Below are positions 19,849 through 30,553 of a stretch of DNA of 64,000 bases, in pieces. The notes beneath the pieces were generated by a model. The model was not told where the DNA came from. It searched no databases and saw only the letters and a program-made list of their open reading frames with translations. A program made the position numbers and the translations under genes. The stretch is from an uncultured Chloroflexia bacterium (GTDB lineage: Bacteria > Chloroflexota > Limnocylindria > Limnocylindrales > CSP1-4), in the NCBI GenBank assembly GCA_963813535.1, contig CAWEZH010000002.1:1696001-1760000 (forward strand), in the 5' to 3' direction. Within the stretch, counting starts at the first letter, position 1; the number at the start of each line of letters is the position of its first letter.

Positions 19849-21704
19849 GCGTCGTCCTTGAGGATCCGCTCCGCCTCGTCGACGATCTCGCCGATTCGGA
19901 ACGGCTTGCCGCGCACGCGGTCGTAGCCGATCGCATCGACCAGGAACCGGGCGCGGATGAGGAGGAGCAGCTGCCCGAGGTTGACCTCCGGGATGAGCAC
20001 CTTGCGATAGCTCCGGACGACGGCCTCGGTGTTCTCGGGGAACGGGTTGAGGTGGCGGAGATGGGCGTGCGCGACGCTCTGCCCCTCGGCCTGCATGCGC
20101 TCGACAGCCGACCGGATGGCACCGTACGTCGACCCCCACCCCAGGATCAGCAGCTCGCCGCTGGATGGACCGAACACCTCGAGTGGCGTGATGTCCTTCG
20201 CGATGCCGGCGACCTTTGCGGCCCGCAGCGTCTGCATCAGGTGATGGTTGTCCGGGTCGTAGCTGACGTTCCCGGTGATATCGGCCTTCTCGAGTCCGCC
20301 GATGCGGTGCTCCAGACCAGCCGTGCCCGGGACGGCCCACGGTCGGGCGAGCGTCTCGGGATCGCGCAGGTACGGATGGAACGGGCCGTCACCCTTGATC
20401 GCGTTCTCGACGGCGATGCTCGGCAGATCGCCGAGCGTCGGGATCCGCCACGGCTCCGACCCTGTCGCAAGGAACGCGTCCGACAGGTAGACCACGGGCG
20501 TCATGTATTTCAGGGCGAGACGCGCGGCCTCGATGGCGTAGTCGAAGCATTCGCCCGGCGTCGCCGGGGCGACCACCGGCAGGGGCGAGTCCGAGTTGCG
20601 TCCGAACATGACCTGCAGCAGGTCGGCCTGCTCGTTCTTGGTGGGCATGCCGGTCGACGGCCCAGCGCGCTGCACGTCGATCACGACGAGTGGCAACTCG
20701 ACCATCACGGCCAGCCCGAGCGCTTCGCTCTTGAGCGCGATGCCCGGCCCTGAACTCGCGGTCAGGCCCAGGGCGCCGCCGTAGCTCGCGCCGATGGCGG
20801 CACCGATCGCCGCGATCTCGTCCTCGGCCTGGAATGTCTTGACACCGAACGTCTTGTACCCGGACAGCTGGTGGAGGATGTCCGAGGCCGGGGTGATCGG
20901 ATAGGAGCCGTAGAACAGCGGCCGATCGGACAGCTTCGAGGCCGCCAGGAACCCGAGCGCCGTCGCCTCGTTGCCCGTGATGTTCCGGTACGTGCCGGGC
21001 GGCAGCTTCGCCGGCCGCACACGGTAGTGGGTGTGGAACATCTCGGTCGTCTCGCCGTACGCGTAGCCCGCGCGAAGCGCGCGCTTGTTCGCATCGGCGA
21101 TGACCGGGCGGGCCGAGAACTTCGAGTCGACCCACTGGAGCGTCGGATCCATGCTTCGCTCGTACAGCCAGAACATGAGACCTAGAGCGAAGAAGTTCTT
21201 CGTGAGGTCCTTCTGCTTGGTGGTCATGTCGAGGCCGTCGAGCGAGCGCTCGTTGAGCGCCGAGATCGGCACCTCGAACACGGTGAAGGGCTTGAGGGAC
21301 CCATCCGTCAGCGGGTTCGATGCGTATGCGGCCTTGTTCAGGTTCGCCTGCGTGAACGCATCGCTGTTGACGATGAGCGCGCCACCGGCCGGCAGGTCGC
21401 CGACGTTCGTCTTGAGCGCGGCCGGGTTCATGGCCACCAGCACGTCCGGCTGGTCGCCCGGCGTATGGATGTCGGTCGAGCTGAAGCTGATCTGGAACCC
21501 GCTGACACCCGGCAGCGAGCCCGCCGGTGCGCGGATCTCCGCGGGGAAGTCCGGCAGGGTGCTGATGTCGTTGCCGAAGACCGCGGCCGTCCGCGTGAAC
21601 TGGGTTCCGGTGAGCTGCATGCCATCACCGGAATCGCCGGCGAAGCGGATGGTGACCCGCTCGAGCTCCTGGACGGCGAGCTCCGGCTCCTTGGTGGTCG
21701 TCAT
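19845..21704 (-). CDS. korA: 2-oxoacid:ferredoxin oxidoreductase alpha subunit (gamma-alpha fusion)
   Basis: [36 protein letters not shown] motifs. Confidence 0.93.
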   Translation of the reverse strand: MTTTKEPELAVQELERVTIRFAGDSGDGMQLTGTQFTRTAAVFGNDISTLPDFPAEIRAPAGSLPGVSGFQISFSSTDIHTPGDQPDVLVAMNPAALKTNVGDLPAGGALIVNSDAFTQANLNKAAYASNPLTDGSLKPFTVFEVPISALNERSLDGLDMTTKQKDLTKNFFALGLMFWLYERSMDPTLQWVDSKFSARPVIADANKRALRAGYAYGETTEMFHTHYRVRPAKLPPGTYRNITGNEATALGFLAASKLSDRPLFYGSYPITPASDILHQLSGYKTFGVKTFQAEDEIAAIGAAIGASYGGALGLTASSGPGIALKSEALGLAVMVELPLVVIDVQRAGPSTGMPTKNEQADLLQVMFGRNSDSPLPVVAPATPGECFDYAIEAARLALKYMTPVVYLSDAFLATGSEPWRIPTLGDLPSIAVENAIKGDGPFHPYLRDPETLARPWAVPGTAGLEHRIGGLEKADITGNVSYDPDNHHLMQTLRAAKVAGIAKDITPLEVFGPSSGELLILGWGSTYGAIRSAVERMQAEGQSVAHAHLRHLNPFPENTEAVVRSYRKVLIPEVNLGQLLLLIRARFLVDAIGYDRVRGKPFRIGEIVDEAERILKDDA

Positions 21705-22201
21705 CCGCCTTCGGCTTGCCTCATGCGCTGGTGCGGTCGGGGCGGGAGGTTGAGCAGCTCTTCGGGGAAGGATTCCGCGAGGTACTTGATGATGTCGACC
21801 TGGCGGACCACGCCGACCAGCCGGCGGTGATCGTCGACGATCGGGACGTTCCGATAGCGACCGGTCTGCATCAGCTCGATCGCGTCTCGGATGGTCTGGT
21901 CGAGGTCGAGCGTGCGCGGTTCGGTGGTCATCAGCGTCTCGACCGGCTGGGTCAGATCGACGTGGCCGACCACGATTCGGGTGAAGATGTCGCGCTCGGT
22001 CAGGACACCGACCAGCACACCGGATCGGTCGCACACGAACACCGAATCGCCCGTCCCGGTCCGCTGGATCGCGCGGAGGCACTCGGCAAGGCTCGTCCCC
22101 GGCGGGACGGTCACGGGCTGGCGGCGGCTGAGCACGCGAAGCCGCACATCGGTCAGTGTCGGGACGCGACGGGCGACCGCGCCCTCGGTGAGGTCGGTCA
22201 C
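21701..22201 (-). CDS. CBS-pair protein
   Basis: [24 protein letters not shown]. First gene of the operon; TACACT lies 7 nt upstream. Confidence 0.88.
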   Translation of the reverse strand: MTDLTEGAVARRVPTLTDVRLRVLSRRQPVTVPPGTSLAECLRAIQRTGTGDSVFVCDRSGVLVGVLTERDIFTRIVVGHVDLTQPVETLMTTEPRTLDLDQTIRDAIELMQTGRYRNVPIVDDHRRLVGVVRQVDIIKYLAESFPEELLNLPPRPHQRMRQAEGG

Positions 22202-22260
22202 ACGGGAAAGTGTAGTCCGTCGCCGCGCCTGACGGGTTCGGACTGATAGCCTCGGGACCG

Positions 22261-23244
22261 ATGGATCGACGCACGGCCACGGGCATCGGACTGGTCGTGG
22301 TGTCGTCCGCGGGGTACGGCTCCGGGAGCGTGCTGGCCGCCCCGATCTATGCCACCGGGTTGGACTGGCTGACGCTGGTCGAATGGCGGTTCCTCATCGG
22401 CGCGGCGCTCGGGTGGATCTGGGTCCTGGTATCGCGGGAGCGGCGGGGAGCGCTGGCACGCATGCCGCGTCGCCAGCTCGGCGTGGCCCTGGCACTCGGT
22501 GCGCTGTTTACCGGCAATGCGGGCACCTACTACGCGGGGCTGGAGACCGTGCCGGCGGCGCTCGCCGGTGTCCTCGTCTACACGTATCCCGTGATCGTCG
22601 CAGTGCTGTCGCTGCGGTTCGCGACGCGGTTGCCCGGCCGCCGGCCGTGGATCGCCCTCGCCCTCGCGGTCGTCGGCTCCGTGCTGGCACTCGGCGGGAT
22701 CGACGTCGACGCCGCGCCACCCATCAGCGGGCTGCTATTGATCTGGGCATCGGCGCTGATCTACTCGGTGTGGATCATCCTGTCGGCTCGGTTGTCCGGG
22801 GAACGACGCGATCGACTGGGGAGCGACGCGCCAGAGGCGGCCGAGCCAGCGGGGGACGCCGCCGTGACCACGGCCGTGATGATGAGTGCCACGGCCGCGG
22901 TGTACGCGGTGGCCGGAGGGCTCGTCGGACGGCCGCTCGATCCGCGGACCGTCCCTGCCGACGCGTGGCCGCTGCTGCTGGCCGTTGGGCTCGTGGCGTC
23001 GTTCCTGGCGATCCAGGCGTTCTACGCGGGTGCTCGGCGGATCGGAGCGGCGAAGGCTGCGCTCATCAGCACGGTCGAGCCGCCGATCATCGTCGTGCTC
23101 GCCTTTCTGTTCCTCGGCCAGACGCTCGCGCCGATCCAGCTCGCCGGCGCGGCCTTGATCCTGATCGCGGTGATCGTGGCCCAGACCTCGCCGCGCCCGC
23201 ATGGAGCGCCGGAACCGGCGACTCCCCTGGAGGCGGAGGTCTAG
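22261..23244 (+). CDS. EamA/DMT family transporter
   Basis: About 10 hydrophobic helices in two repeats; YTYPVIV and STVEPP motifs. Confidence 0.85.
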   Translation: MDRRTATGIGLVVVSSAGYGSGSVLAAPIYATGLDWLTLVEWRFLIGAALGWIWVLVSRERRGALARMPRRQLGVALALGALFTGNAGTYYAGLETVPAALAGVLVYTYPVIVAVLSLRFATRLPGRRPWIALALAVVGSVLALGGIDVDAAPPISGLLLIWASALIYSVWIILSARLSGERRDRLGSDAPEAAEPAGDAAVTTAVMMSATAAVYAVAGGLVGRPLDPRTVPADAWPLLLAVGLVASFLAIQAFYAGARRIGAAKAALISTVEPPIIVVLAFLFLGQTLAPIQLAGAALILIAVIVAQTSPRPHGAPEPATPLEAEV

Positions 23245-23268
23245 GGTCCGGGGGCGGGACGTGCGCGG

Positions 23269-24033
23269 CTAGACGGGCCGGCCGGCCGCTTGGAGCATCG
23301 CCCGGGCGCCGGTCGACACGAAGGATCCCTCCGAGCCGAGCCCGATGAACCGGAACCCGAGCTCGAGCAACGGCGGCAGTGCCGCTGCGTCGTAGATGAG
23401 GATGCCGGCCGCCTTGCCGTGTTCGCGGCACGCCTCGACCACGGTCCGCAGCGCGTCCTGGTAGCGAGGTTCGTCGAAGCGTCCCGGGATGCCCAGGCTG
23501 TGCGTCAAGTCGGCCGGGCCGACGAACAGCACATCGACCTCGTCGAGTGCCGCGATCCGGTCGGCGTCGGCCACGGTCCCAGCCGACTCGATCTGGACGA
23601 TGCCGACGATCCGCTGGTTCACGGCCTGCGCCACATCAGCGTGGCCGAGTGCCCCCATGCCGGCACCCCGCGTCCGGAGCGCGACGCCCCGCTGACCGGT
23701 CGGCGGATAGCGGAGGTATTCGACCGCTGTCCGCACGTCATCGATCGACTTGAGCTGCGGCAGCATGATGCCGTCTGCCCCGAGGTCGAGCGCCCGACCG
23801 ACGCGCAACCGCTCCGCCGACTGCGGCCGGACGATCGCGGCCATCGGCGTCGTGCCCACCGCGTACAGCAACGCGAGCAGGTCGGCCTCGGTCGACGCGC
23901 CGTGCTCCAGGTCGAGGACGGTCCAGTCGAAGCCGGCCCGTCCGGACAGCTCGGCCGCCATCGGTGAAGCGAGATCGGAGAAGACGCCGATGAGCGTCTC
24001 CCCGGCACGGATCCGTGCGCGTAGGTCGGCCAT
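23269..24033 (-). CDS. HpcH/HpaI aldolase family protein
   Basis: GFDW..LDLEHG, LDLGA.G, YPP.G.RG, QIES, FVGPADL. Confidence 0.9.
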   Translation of the reverse strand: MADLRARIRAGETLIGVFSDLASPMAAELSGRAGFDWTVLDLEHGASTEADLLALLYAVGTTPMAAIVRPQSAERLRVGRALDLGADGIMLPQLKSIDDVRTAVEYLRYPPTGQRGVALRTRGAGMGALGHADVAQAVNQRIVGIVQIESAGTVADADRIAALDEVDVLFVGPADLTHSLGIPGRFDEPRYQDALRTVVEACREHGKAAGILIYDAAALPPLLELGFRFIGLGSEGSFVSTGARAMLQAAGRPV

Positions 24034-24114
24034 CAGGTGATGATGCCGGGTCCACGTGTTCGGCGTGAGCTCGTCCGGCGTGGCGGCCACGGCCGGTCTG
24101 AGACCGATCCGCGG

Positions 24115-25128
24115 TCAGGAGCCGTTGACGAGCCCTGTCGTGTCGACCACCTCGAGGTCGCGACCTGTGATGACGTCGAGCTCGTGCATCACGTCGTCGT
24201 CGAACCGCGAGTCGCTCATCCCGCCGATGTACCAGGGAGAGCCGTTGTCCGCCAGGATCATGCCGTAGCGCTTAAGGGCGTCCGCGATCACCCGGGCGTG
24301 CGGCGAGAAGTCACTCGTGTCGTAGCCGGCCTTGAGCCGGACGCGAAGGCCCATCGGCGGCAACGTGGTCGAGGTCGACTCGCCCGCCTGGTGGCGCGCA
24401 GGGTAGATGTACTGCTTGCGCGTGCGGTTCGTCGTGAAGCGCAGCGCGTGGTTGATCGCCCCCGCGGCGACTTCGTCATACCGGACGAGACCGGGCAGGA
24501 TCGGCAGCCCGGCGGCGTCGGCGCTGGTCCAGCCGGCCGGTCGCAGCGCGTTGGTGCGCATGTCCCACGTCGCTCCGCTGCCCGCGTACCACTGGCCGCC
24601 CGATCGGTGGGCGGCGAACAGCTCGTAGAGGCGGCAGGCGTCTCGGTCGACCATGAGGATGTGGCGGTCGCCGCTTGCTCCGGCACCGCCTTCGATCAGC
24701 GGGTTGGCCGGGATCGGGTAGCCGACCTGGTCCGACTCATCGTCGTACTCGAAGCTGACCGTCGACCTGGGCGTCGCCGAGGTCACGACCTGGTATGGGA
24801 TGCCGTACCCGGCGTACGAGCCGAAGTCCATGTGGAGCCCACGCGTCAGGCCGATGGCACTGATCATCGTCGAGGAGTTCGAGGCGGATGCTCGGTCGTC
24901 GATCCGGCGGTTCCAGACATTCGATGCCGGAAAGACGAAGCAGCCCGGAGCGGCGGGGAGTGTCGGGCCGGGAGGCACGGGTCGACGCGAAGACGCCCGC
25001 GGATCGATCGGTCGCGGGGACGCCGGCGGACGAGGGCCGGGTGCCCACGCGTCGACCGGCGTGGCGCCGGACATCGAGCCGACCAGGATGGCGCACAGCG
25101 CGATGCCAAGCGCACGTCGCAGATGCAT
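24115..25128 (-). CDS. Secreted hypothetical protein
   Basis: Signal peptide, Pro-rich linker and globular domain (GDRH, WTSADAAGLPILPGL, HALRFT, YGMILADNG). Confidence 0.72.
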   Translation of the reverse strand: MHLRRALGIALCAILVGSMSGATPVDAWAPGPRPPASPRPIDPRASSRRPVPPGPTLPAAPGCFVFPASNVWNRRIDDRASASNSSTMISAIGLTRGLHMDFGSYAGYGIPYQVVTSATPRSTVSFEYDDESDQVGYPIPANPLIEGGAGASGDRHILMVDRDACRLYELFAAHRSGGQWYAGSGATWDMRTNALRPAGWTSADAAGLPILPGLVRYDEVAAGAINHALRFTTNRTRKQYIYPARHQAGESTSTTLPPMGLRVRLKAGYDTSDFSPHARVIADALKRYGMILADNGSPWYIGGMSDSRFDDDVMHELDVITGRDLEVVDTTGLVNGS

Positions 25129-25240
25129 GCCGGGAGCGTGGCCGGCACCGGCGCGTGGCGGACCTCCCCACTCGTTCACCCAAGCTCGCCGCAGGTCCGG
25201 TTCCGGCGCGCACCGGTCGGACGGCAGCCCGACATACCCG

Positions 25241-26464
25241 TCAGTCGGGGAACGCCTCCGGGCCACGCTCCGCGAGCTCGGAGGCTTCCCTCGCGTGGTC
25301 CTCGGCGGGCAGCCAGCTGAACGGGTAGCGCCCGTCGTCGAGGTCCATCGCCGCCTGCGTGACGTGGAGCGGGTGGAAGGTATCGACCATGACCGCCAGC
25401 TCCTCGGTGGCCTCCTTGCCGATCGAGGCCTCGACCGTGCCCGGATGTGGCCCGTGCGGGATCCCCGCCGGATGGAGCGTGAACGACGCGATCTCCACCC
25501 CGCGCCGGCTCATGAAGTTGCCCGCCACGTAGTAGATGACCTCGTCCGAGTTGATGTTCGAGTGGTTGTACGGCGCCGGGATCGCGAGGGGGTGGTAGTC
25601 GAACTTGCGGGGCACGAACGAGCACACGACGAAGTTGCGTGCCTGGAAGGTCTGGTGGACCGGCGGCGGCTGGTGGACGCGCCCGGTGATCGGCTGGAAA
25701 TCCGCGATGTTGAAGCGGAACGGCCACAGGTAGCCATCCCAACCGACCAGGTCGAACGGGTGGTGGCGATAGACATAGGCGGTGATCCGGTCGGCCGACC
25801 GGACGTGGATCGTGAACTCGCCCTCGTCGTCACGCGGCGCGACCTCAGTGGGCGCATGGATGTCGCGCTGCGAGTACGGCGCGTGCTCGAGCAGCTGACC
25901 GTAGTCGTTGCGGTACCGCTTGGGGGGCTCGATCTCGGACGGCGCCTCGAGGTACAGGATCCGCTGGACGGACCCCTCGTTCGGATCGAGCCGCCAGGTC
26001 GTCCCGATCGGCAGGACGAGGTAGTCGCCCGGGCCATACGTGAGCGGCCCGAAGATCGTGTCGCAGAGGCCCGTCCCCTCGTGGACGAACAGCATCTCGT
26101 CGGCGATCCCGTTGCGGTAGAAGACGCCGTCGGGCATCGGCCCCGAGGGCCGCACGACACCGAACACGACGTCGTTGTTGAAGTAGAGCGGGATCCGGCC
26201 GGTCACGACGTCACCGGTGGGCTCGATCGCGCCCGTCTTCGTCAGTCGATGTCGGTGGAGACCGTCGTCGGCGGCCTCGAGGTGCACCCGCGATACGGGT
26301 TCGATGCGGTGCGTCCGCGTCGGCGGGGTCACGTGATAGAGCAGCGACGATCGCCCCGTGAAGCCTTCGACGCCGAATAGCTCCTCGGCGTAGAGCGCAC
26401 CGTCCGCCGAACGGAGCTGGGTGTGGCGCTGCTGGGGCACGTTACCGTGCTGGACGTAGTACAT
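25241..26464 (-). CDS. hmgA: Homogentisate 1,2-dioxygenase
   Basis: EELFG.EGF, HPFD.VGWDG, HQPPPVHQTF, PYNHSN..SDEV, HP.G..HGP iron-ligand motifs. Confidence 0.92.
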   Translation of the reverse strand: MYYVQHGNVPQQRHTQLRSADGALYAEELFGVEGFTGRSSLLYHVTPPTRTHRIEPVSRVHLEAADDGLHRHRLTKTGAIEPTGDVVTGRIPLYFNNDVVFGVVRPSGPMPDGVFYRNGIADEMLFVHEGTGLCDTIFGPLTYGPGDYLVLPIGTTWRLDPNEGSVQRILYLEAPSEIEPPKRYRNDYGQLLEHAPYSQRDIHAPTEVAPRDDEGEFTIHVRSADRITAYVYRHHPFDLVGWDGYLWPFRFNIADFQPITGRVHQPPPVHQTFQARNFVVCSFVPRKFDYHPLAIPAPYNHSNINSDEVIYYVAGNFMSRRGVEIASFTLHPAGIPHGPHPGTVEASIGKEATEELAVMVDTFHPLHVTQAAMDLDDGRYPFSWLPAEDHAREASELAERGPEAFPD

Positions 26465-26581
26465 GAAATCGACTGGCCTCCTCGATCCCGAGGAGGCCAG
26501 TCTAGGTGCCGAGGGTGGTTACGGGGTCGGCGTGACACCGAACGCTCAGTCGGTCATGTCAAGGGCGATGGACCGACCGTC

Positions 26582-26621
26582 TAAAGGGTCCTCCCGTAGC
26601 CGGTGCAGAAATAAAGGGTCC
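26582..26621. repeat. Direct repeat TAAAGGGTCC x2 with a 30-bp period in a divergent intergenic region
   Basis: Copies at 26582-26591 and 26612-26621. Confidence 0.55.
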
Positions 26622-26718
26622 GGTGCGGCGAAGATCGGTCGCTCGGTCGATGGCACGGGCCTCGTTCGAACCTACGGTAGACGCATCGCATCAACGACCT
26701 TGGGAAGGAGCCACAGCG

Positions 26719-26901
26719 ATGCTCGCCGATCTCGAATTCAAGTTCAACCAGCACGAAGAGACCATCCGCCGAGCCGAGTCGAACGCCCGCCTGATGGAGG
26801 CGTTGACGCCGCATCGTGCGACGTCCGACCAGGAGCGTCCGCAGCGCCGACTGTCGACCCTCCTACGACGCCTCGCCGGGACGGCGTACACGGCCGCCTG
26901 A
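26719..26901 (+). CDS. Small helical protein (60 aa) upstream of the LuxR-STAND regulator
   Basis: AAGGAG RBS; MLADLEFKFNQHEETIRRAESNARL... Confidence 0.65.
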   Translation: MLADLEFKFNQHEETIRRAESNARLMEALTPHRATSDQERPQRRLSTLLRRLAGTAYTAA

Positions 26902-26948
26902 TCGACCTCGAGACCGGACGAGGCGGTCGCTCTCGTACCATGGAAGCC

Positions 26949-29900
26949 GTGGCAACACGGGTCGCCAGCCCCGAGTTCATCGGGCGCCGGCGCGAGCTCG
27001 GATCCCTCACGGACGCGGTGGTGCGCGGCACTGCCGGTGACGCCGTCGTCGCGCTCGTCGGCGGTGATGCCGGCATGGGCAAGTCGCGGCTCGTCGCGGA
27101 AGTCGCGGTCGCGGCCCGAGAACGCGGCTGGCTGGTGCTGGAGGGCGGCTGCGTCTCACTCGGCAATGGCGAGGGGCTGCCGTTCGCACCGATCGTCGAG
27201 GCGCTCCGCCGCCTGCCAGGGATGATCGCCGCCGGTCAGGCCGGCCCCATTCACGATATCGACGAGCTGCGGATGCTCGAGACGAGCGATCTTGGCCGGC
27301 TGGTGCCCGAACTGGGTGCCGTCGCTGCGCCCGATCCCGACGTGTTCGATCGACCCGGCTGGGTCCAGGCACGGATCTTCGAAGGGCTGCTCGTGCTCCT
27401 GCGATCGCTCGGCGAGCGCGTCCCGGTCCTCCTGGTCGTCGAGGACCTGCACTGGTCCGACAGCTCCACCCGTGACGTGCTGTCCTTCCTCGCCCGGAAC
27501 GCGCGGACCGAGCGCCTGGCCGTCATCGGTACCTACCGCACCGATGAGCTGAACCGGCGACACCCGCTCCGGCCGTGGCTGTCCGAGATGGAGCGCCTAC
27601 CCAGGGTCGTCCGAATCGAGATCGGCCGGTTCGGTCGCTCGGACCTCGACGCGCAGATCGGCGCGATCCTCGGCCAACGCCCAAGCCTCGAGATGCTCGA
27701 GGCGATCGAGCGTCGCGCGGAGGGCAATCCGTTCTTCGTTGAAGAGCTGCTGGCGTCGGGTGCCGGCGCCCCCGGCGACGGTCTGCCGCCGACGCTTCGG
27801 GACGTCCTGATGACACGCGTCACGGCGCTGTCGGAGGACGCCCAGCGGATCCTCGGGGTGGCCGCAGTGGCCGGGCGGACGGTGGAGCCGGACCTGTTGG
27901 CCGAGATCGCCGGAGCCGCCGAGACCGACATCGAAGGGCCGCTGCGGGAGGCCGTTGCGGCGCAGATCCTCACGATCGACGCACAGAACCGCCCGGACGC
28001 CTATCGGTTCAGGCATGCCCTCCTTGCAGAGGCCGTGTACGACGACCTGCTCCCGAGCGAGCGGCGGCGGCTGCATGCCGCGTACGCCGCCGCGCTGGAC
28101 GCGCGACCCGTCCCGAGCGGTGCCGAGGGCGCGAGCCGACTCGCGTCACTCGCGCATCACGCGACGGCGGCACACGAACCTGTCGTGGCGCTCCGGGCAT
28201 GGGTTCGCGCAGCCCGCGCCGCCGCCGGATCACATGCCTTTGCCGAAGCCAGCCGCGCGTACGAGCGAGCCATCGAGCTGTGGGATGCCGTGCCGGCGGA
28301 CGATCGGCCCGGCGATGCGGACGCGGCGGCGCTCTACCACGAAGGCGCCCTCGCGGCGATGATCAGCGGGCGCAACGCGAGGGCCGCCGATCTGGCGCGG
28401 GCCGCCGTCGATCGACTCGACCCCGAGACCCAGTTGGAGCGGTGGGCGGCTGCCAACGAGCGCCTTGCTCGAGCGGTCTGGATCTCGGGGGGCATGGACG
28501 AGGGCCTCGCTCGACTCGAGTCCACCGCAGCCATCCTGGCGCCCGGCGACCCGTCTCCGATGCGGGCCAGGATCCTCGCCGCGATCGCCGGTGCGCACAT
28601 GCTGCAGGGCGACCATCCGAGGGCACTGGAGGTTGCCAGGTCCGCGATCGACGAGTCCCGCGCCACAGGCGCACGCCTGTCAGAAGCGCACGCGCTCAAC
28701 ACCCTCGGCACGAGTACGGCCTTGCTGGGCGACTGCGAGGAAGGGCTTCGGACCTTGCGGGACGCATTCGAGCTGACGAACGAACTCAACGACGTCGATG
28801 ACCGCGGTCGGTCGTTCGCCAATCTCAGTTCCACGTTGCTCGTCTGCGGAGCCGGCGAGGAGAGTCTCCGCGTCTCGCTCGATGGGGTGGCGTGGGCGCG
28901 GGGCGTCGGGGCCACCAACGGCTATGGGCGATTCATCGCCGGGAATGCGATCGATGCCGCTGTCCAGCTTGGTCGATGGGACCGGGCGGAGGAGTTGGTC
29001 GACGAGCTGCTGGCCGGCGACCCGGAGGGCGCGAACCGGATCAGCATGATCAGCAACGTCGGCCCGCTGTACGCACGGCGTGGCCGGGCGGCCGACGCGG
29101 AACGGCTGCTGGCCGAGGGCAAGACCTTCGTCGACTCGCTCCTCGAGGCGCAGTTCACCGGTCCCGTTCATGTCGGCCTCGTCGAGTTGGCATTGGCGAC
29201 AGGTCGCATCGGCGACGCCGCCGCGACAGCGGCGGATGGCATCGCACGGTTGAACCGAACGAGGGACCGCTTCTACCAGAGCGAGCTGCGGGCGCTGGGC
29301 GCCCGGGCCGAGGCGGATCGCGCCGAGCTGACACGGGCCGGGCGCGATACGGCGACCGCGGCCGAGGCCGCCGCCGTCGCGGCCGGATATCGCGACGAAC
29401 TCCACGGCTGGGTGGCCGAAATGCCCCGCCCGGACGCGTACGGCGGGTCCCTCGCCGCGGATGCGGCGCAGGCCGCCGCGGAAGCCCGTCGAGCGGACGG
29501 CGTCGCGGACCCGGCCGCATGGCAGGCGGCCGTCCAGGCTGCCGACCGAGCCGTCTCCGCATGGCGCCAGGCGTATGTGCGATATCGCGCTGCGGAGGCG
29601 CTGCTCGGCGCCCGGGCGCCCCGCCGGGATGCGGCGGCCGAACTGGGCGATGCCGCGGCCCGCGCGACGGCTCTCGGTGCTGAGCCGCTCCTCGGGTGGA
29701 TCGAGGCCCTCGCTCGACGGTCACGGATCGAGATCCCGACCGCACAGCCTTCAGCCGAGCTCGACACACCCGCGATACCGGAGCCACCGGCCGACGACCA
29801 CGGTCTGACCGCACGCGAGCGCGAGGTCCTGGCATTGCTCGTCGAGGGCGATACCAACCGCCGCATCGCCGAGCAGCTGTTCATCAGCGAGAGCACGGCC

Positions 29901-29993
29901 GGCGTCCATGTCTCGAACATCCTCGGCAAGCTGGGCGTGACGTCCCGGACCGAGGCGGCGACTGTGGCGGCCCGGCTCGGGCTGGTCGACTAG
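26949..29993 (+). CDS. LuxR-family regulator with N-terminal AAA/STAND ATPase (LAL/MalT-like)
   Basis: FIGR, GDAGMGKS, VVEDLHW, GNPFF and C-terminal LTAREREVL...HVSNILGKLG HTH. Start is GTG 26949 or ATG 26940. Confidence 0.92.
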   Translation: MATRVASPEFIGRRRELGSLTDAVVRGTAGDAVVALVGGDAGMGKSRLVAEVAVAARERGWLVLEGGCVSLGNGEGLPFAPIVEALRRLPGMIAAGQAGPIHDIDELRMLETSDLGRLVPELGAVAAPDPDVFDRPGWVQARIFEGLLVLLRSLGERVPVLLVVEDLHWSDSSTRDVLSFLARNARTERLAVIGTYRTDELNRRHPLRPWLSEMERLPRVVRIEIGRFGRSDLDAQIGAILGQRPSLEMLEAIERRAEGNPFFVEELLASGAGAPGDGLPPTLRDVLMTRVTALSEDAQRILGVAAVAGRTVEPDLLAEIAGAAETDIEGPLREAVAAQILTIDAQNRPDAYRFRHALLAEAVYDDLLPSERRRLHAAYAAALDARPVPSGAEGASRLASLAHHATAAHEPVVALRAWVRAARAAAGSHAFAEASRAYERAIELWDAVPADDRPGDADAAALYHEGALAAMISGRNARAADLARAAVDRLDPETQLERWAAANERLARAVWISGGMDEGLARLESTAAILAPGDPSPMRARILAAIAGAHMLQGDHPRALEVARSAIDESRATGARLSEAHALNTLGTSTALLGDCEEGLRTLRDAFELTNELNDVDDRGRSFANLSSTLLVCGAGEESLRVSLDGVAWARGVGATNGYGRFIAGNAIDAAVQLGRWDRAEELVDELLAGDPEGANRISMISNVGPLYARRGRAADAERLLAEGKTFVDSLLEAQFTGPVHVGLVELALATGRIGDAAATAADGIARLNRTRDRFYQSELRALGARAEADRAELTRAGRDTATAAEAAAVAAGYRDELHGWVAEMPRPDAYGGSLAADAAQAAAEARRADGVADPAAWQAAVQAADRAVSAWRQAYVRYRAAEALLGARAPRRDAAAELGDAAARATALGAEPLLGWIEALARRSRIEIPTAQPSAELDTPAIPEPPADDHGLTAREREVLALLVEGDTNRRIAEQLFISESTAGVHVSNILGKLGVTSRTEAATVAARLGLVD

Positions 29994-30009
29994 GCTGGGC
30001 CGACGGCCG

Positions 30010-30525
30010 TCACGTCCCGACGCGACCGCTTCGGCGCTCCATCAGCACCACGTCGCGCCATCGTCCGCTGCCGTCGCGGCCCATCCCGCGCATGACGCCG
30101 ACGCGTTCGAATCCGCACCGTCCGTGGAGAGCGAGGCTCGCCTCGTTCTCGACCATGATCCCGGCCAGGAGCGTCCAGAACCCCGCGGCCTCGGATGCCG
30201 GGGCGAGCGCTTCGAGCAGGGCGCGCCCGATGCCGTGGCCCCGTTCAGCCTGCGCGACATAGACGCTCTCCCAGGCGACGCCGCTGTAGACGCGCCGCGC
30301 CGAGTACGCCGTCAGGGCGACCCAGCCGACCGCCGGACCCCCTGGCTCGAGACGGGCGACCAAGCGGCAATCGCGCCGGTGCGAGCGGTCGAAATGGTCC
30401 CAATCCGGCGCCTCGCGTTCGAGCGTGGCGTCGCCGGTGGCGATCCCGTCGGCATAGATCCGATGGACCGCCGGCCAGTCGGCCGGCTCCATCGGCTCGA
30501 CGCGGACAGCCTGACGGCGGGGCAC
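30010..30525 (-). CDS. GNAT N-acetyltransferase, phosphinothricin acetyltransferase-like
   Basis: IY..GI....AT.E, SVYV...RGHGIG, ENEASLALH...GF. Start is uncertain (GTG 30525 or ATG 30492). Confidence 0.85.
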   Translation of the reverse strand: MPRRQAVRVEPMEPADWPAVHRIYADGIATGDATLEREAPDWDHFDRSHRRDCRLVARLEPGGPAVGWVALTAYSARRVYSGVAWESVYVAQAERGHGIGRALLEALAPASEAAGFWTLLAGIMVENEASLALHGRCGFERVGVMRGMGRDGSGRWRDVVLMERRSGRVGT

Positions 30526-30553
30526 GGCCGCATCATCGCACCGGGCCGGACCC

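Noticed and set aside
26463-26948. About 160-aa N-terminal extension of the LuxR-STAND ORF
   Set aside because: It is low-complexity, overlaps the better-supported 60-aa ORF, and family similarity starts at ATRVASPEFIGR.
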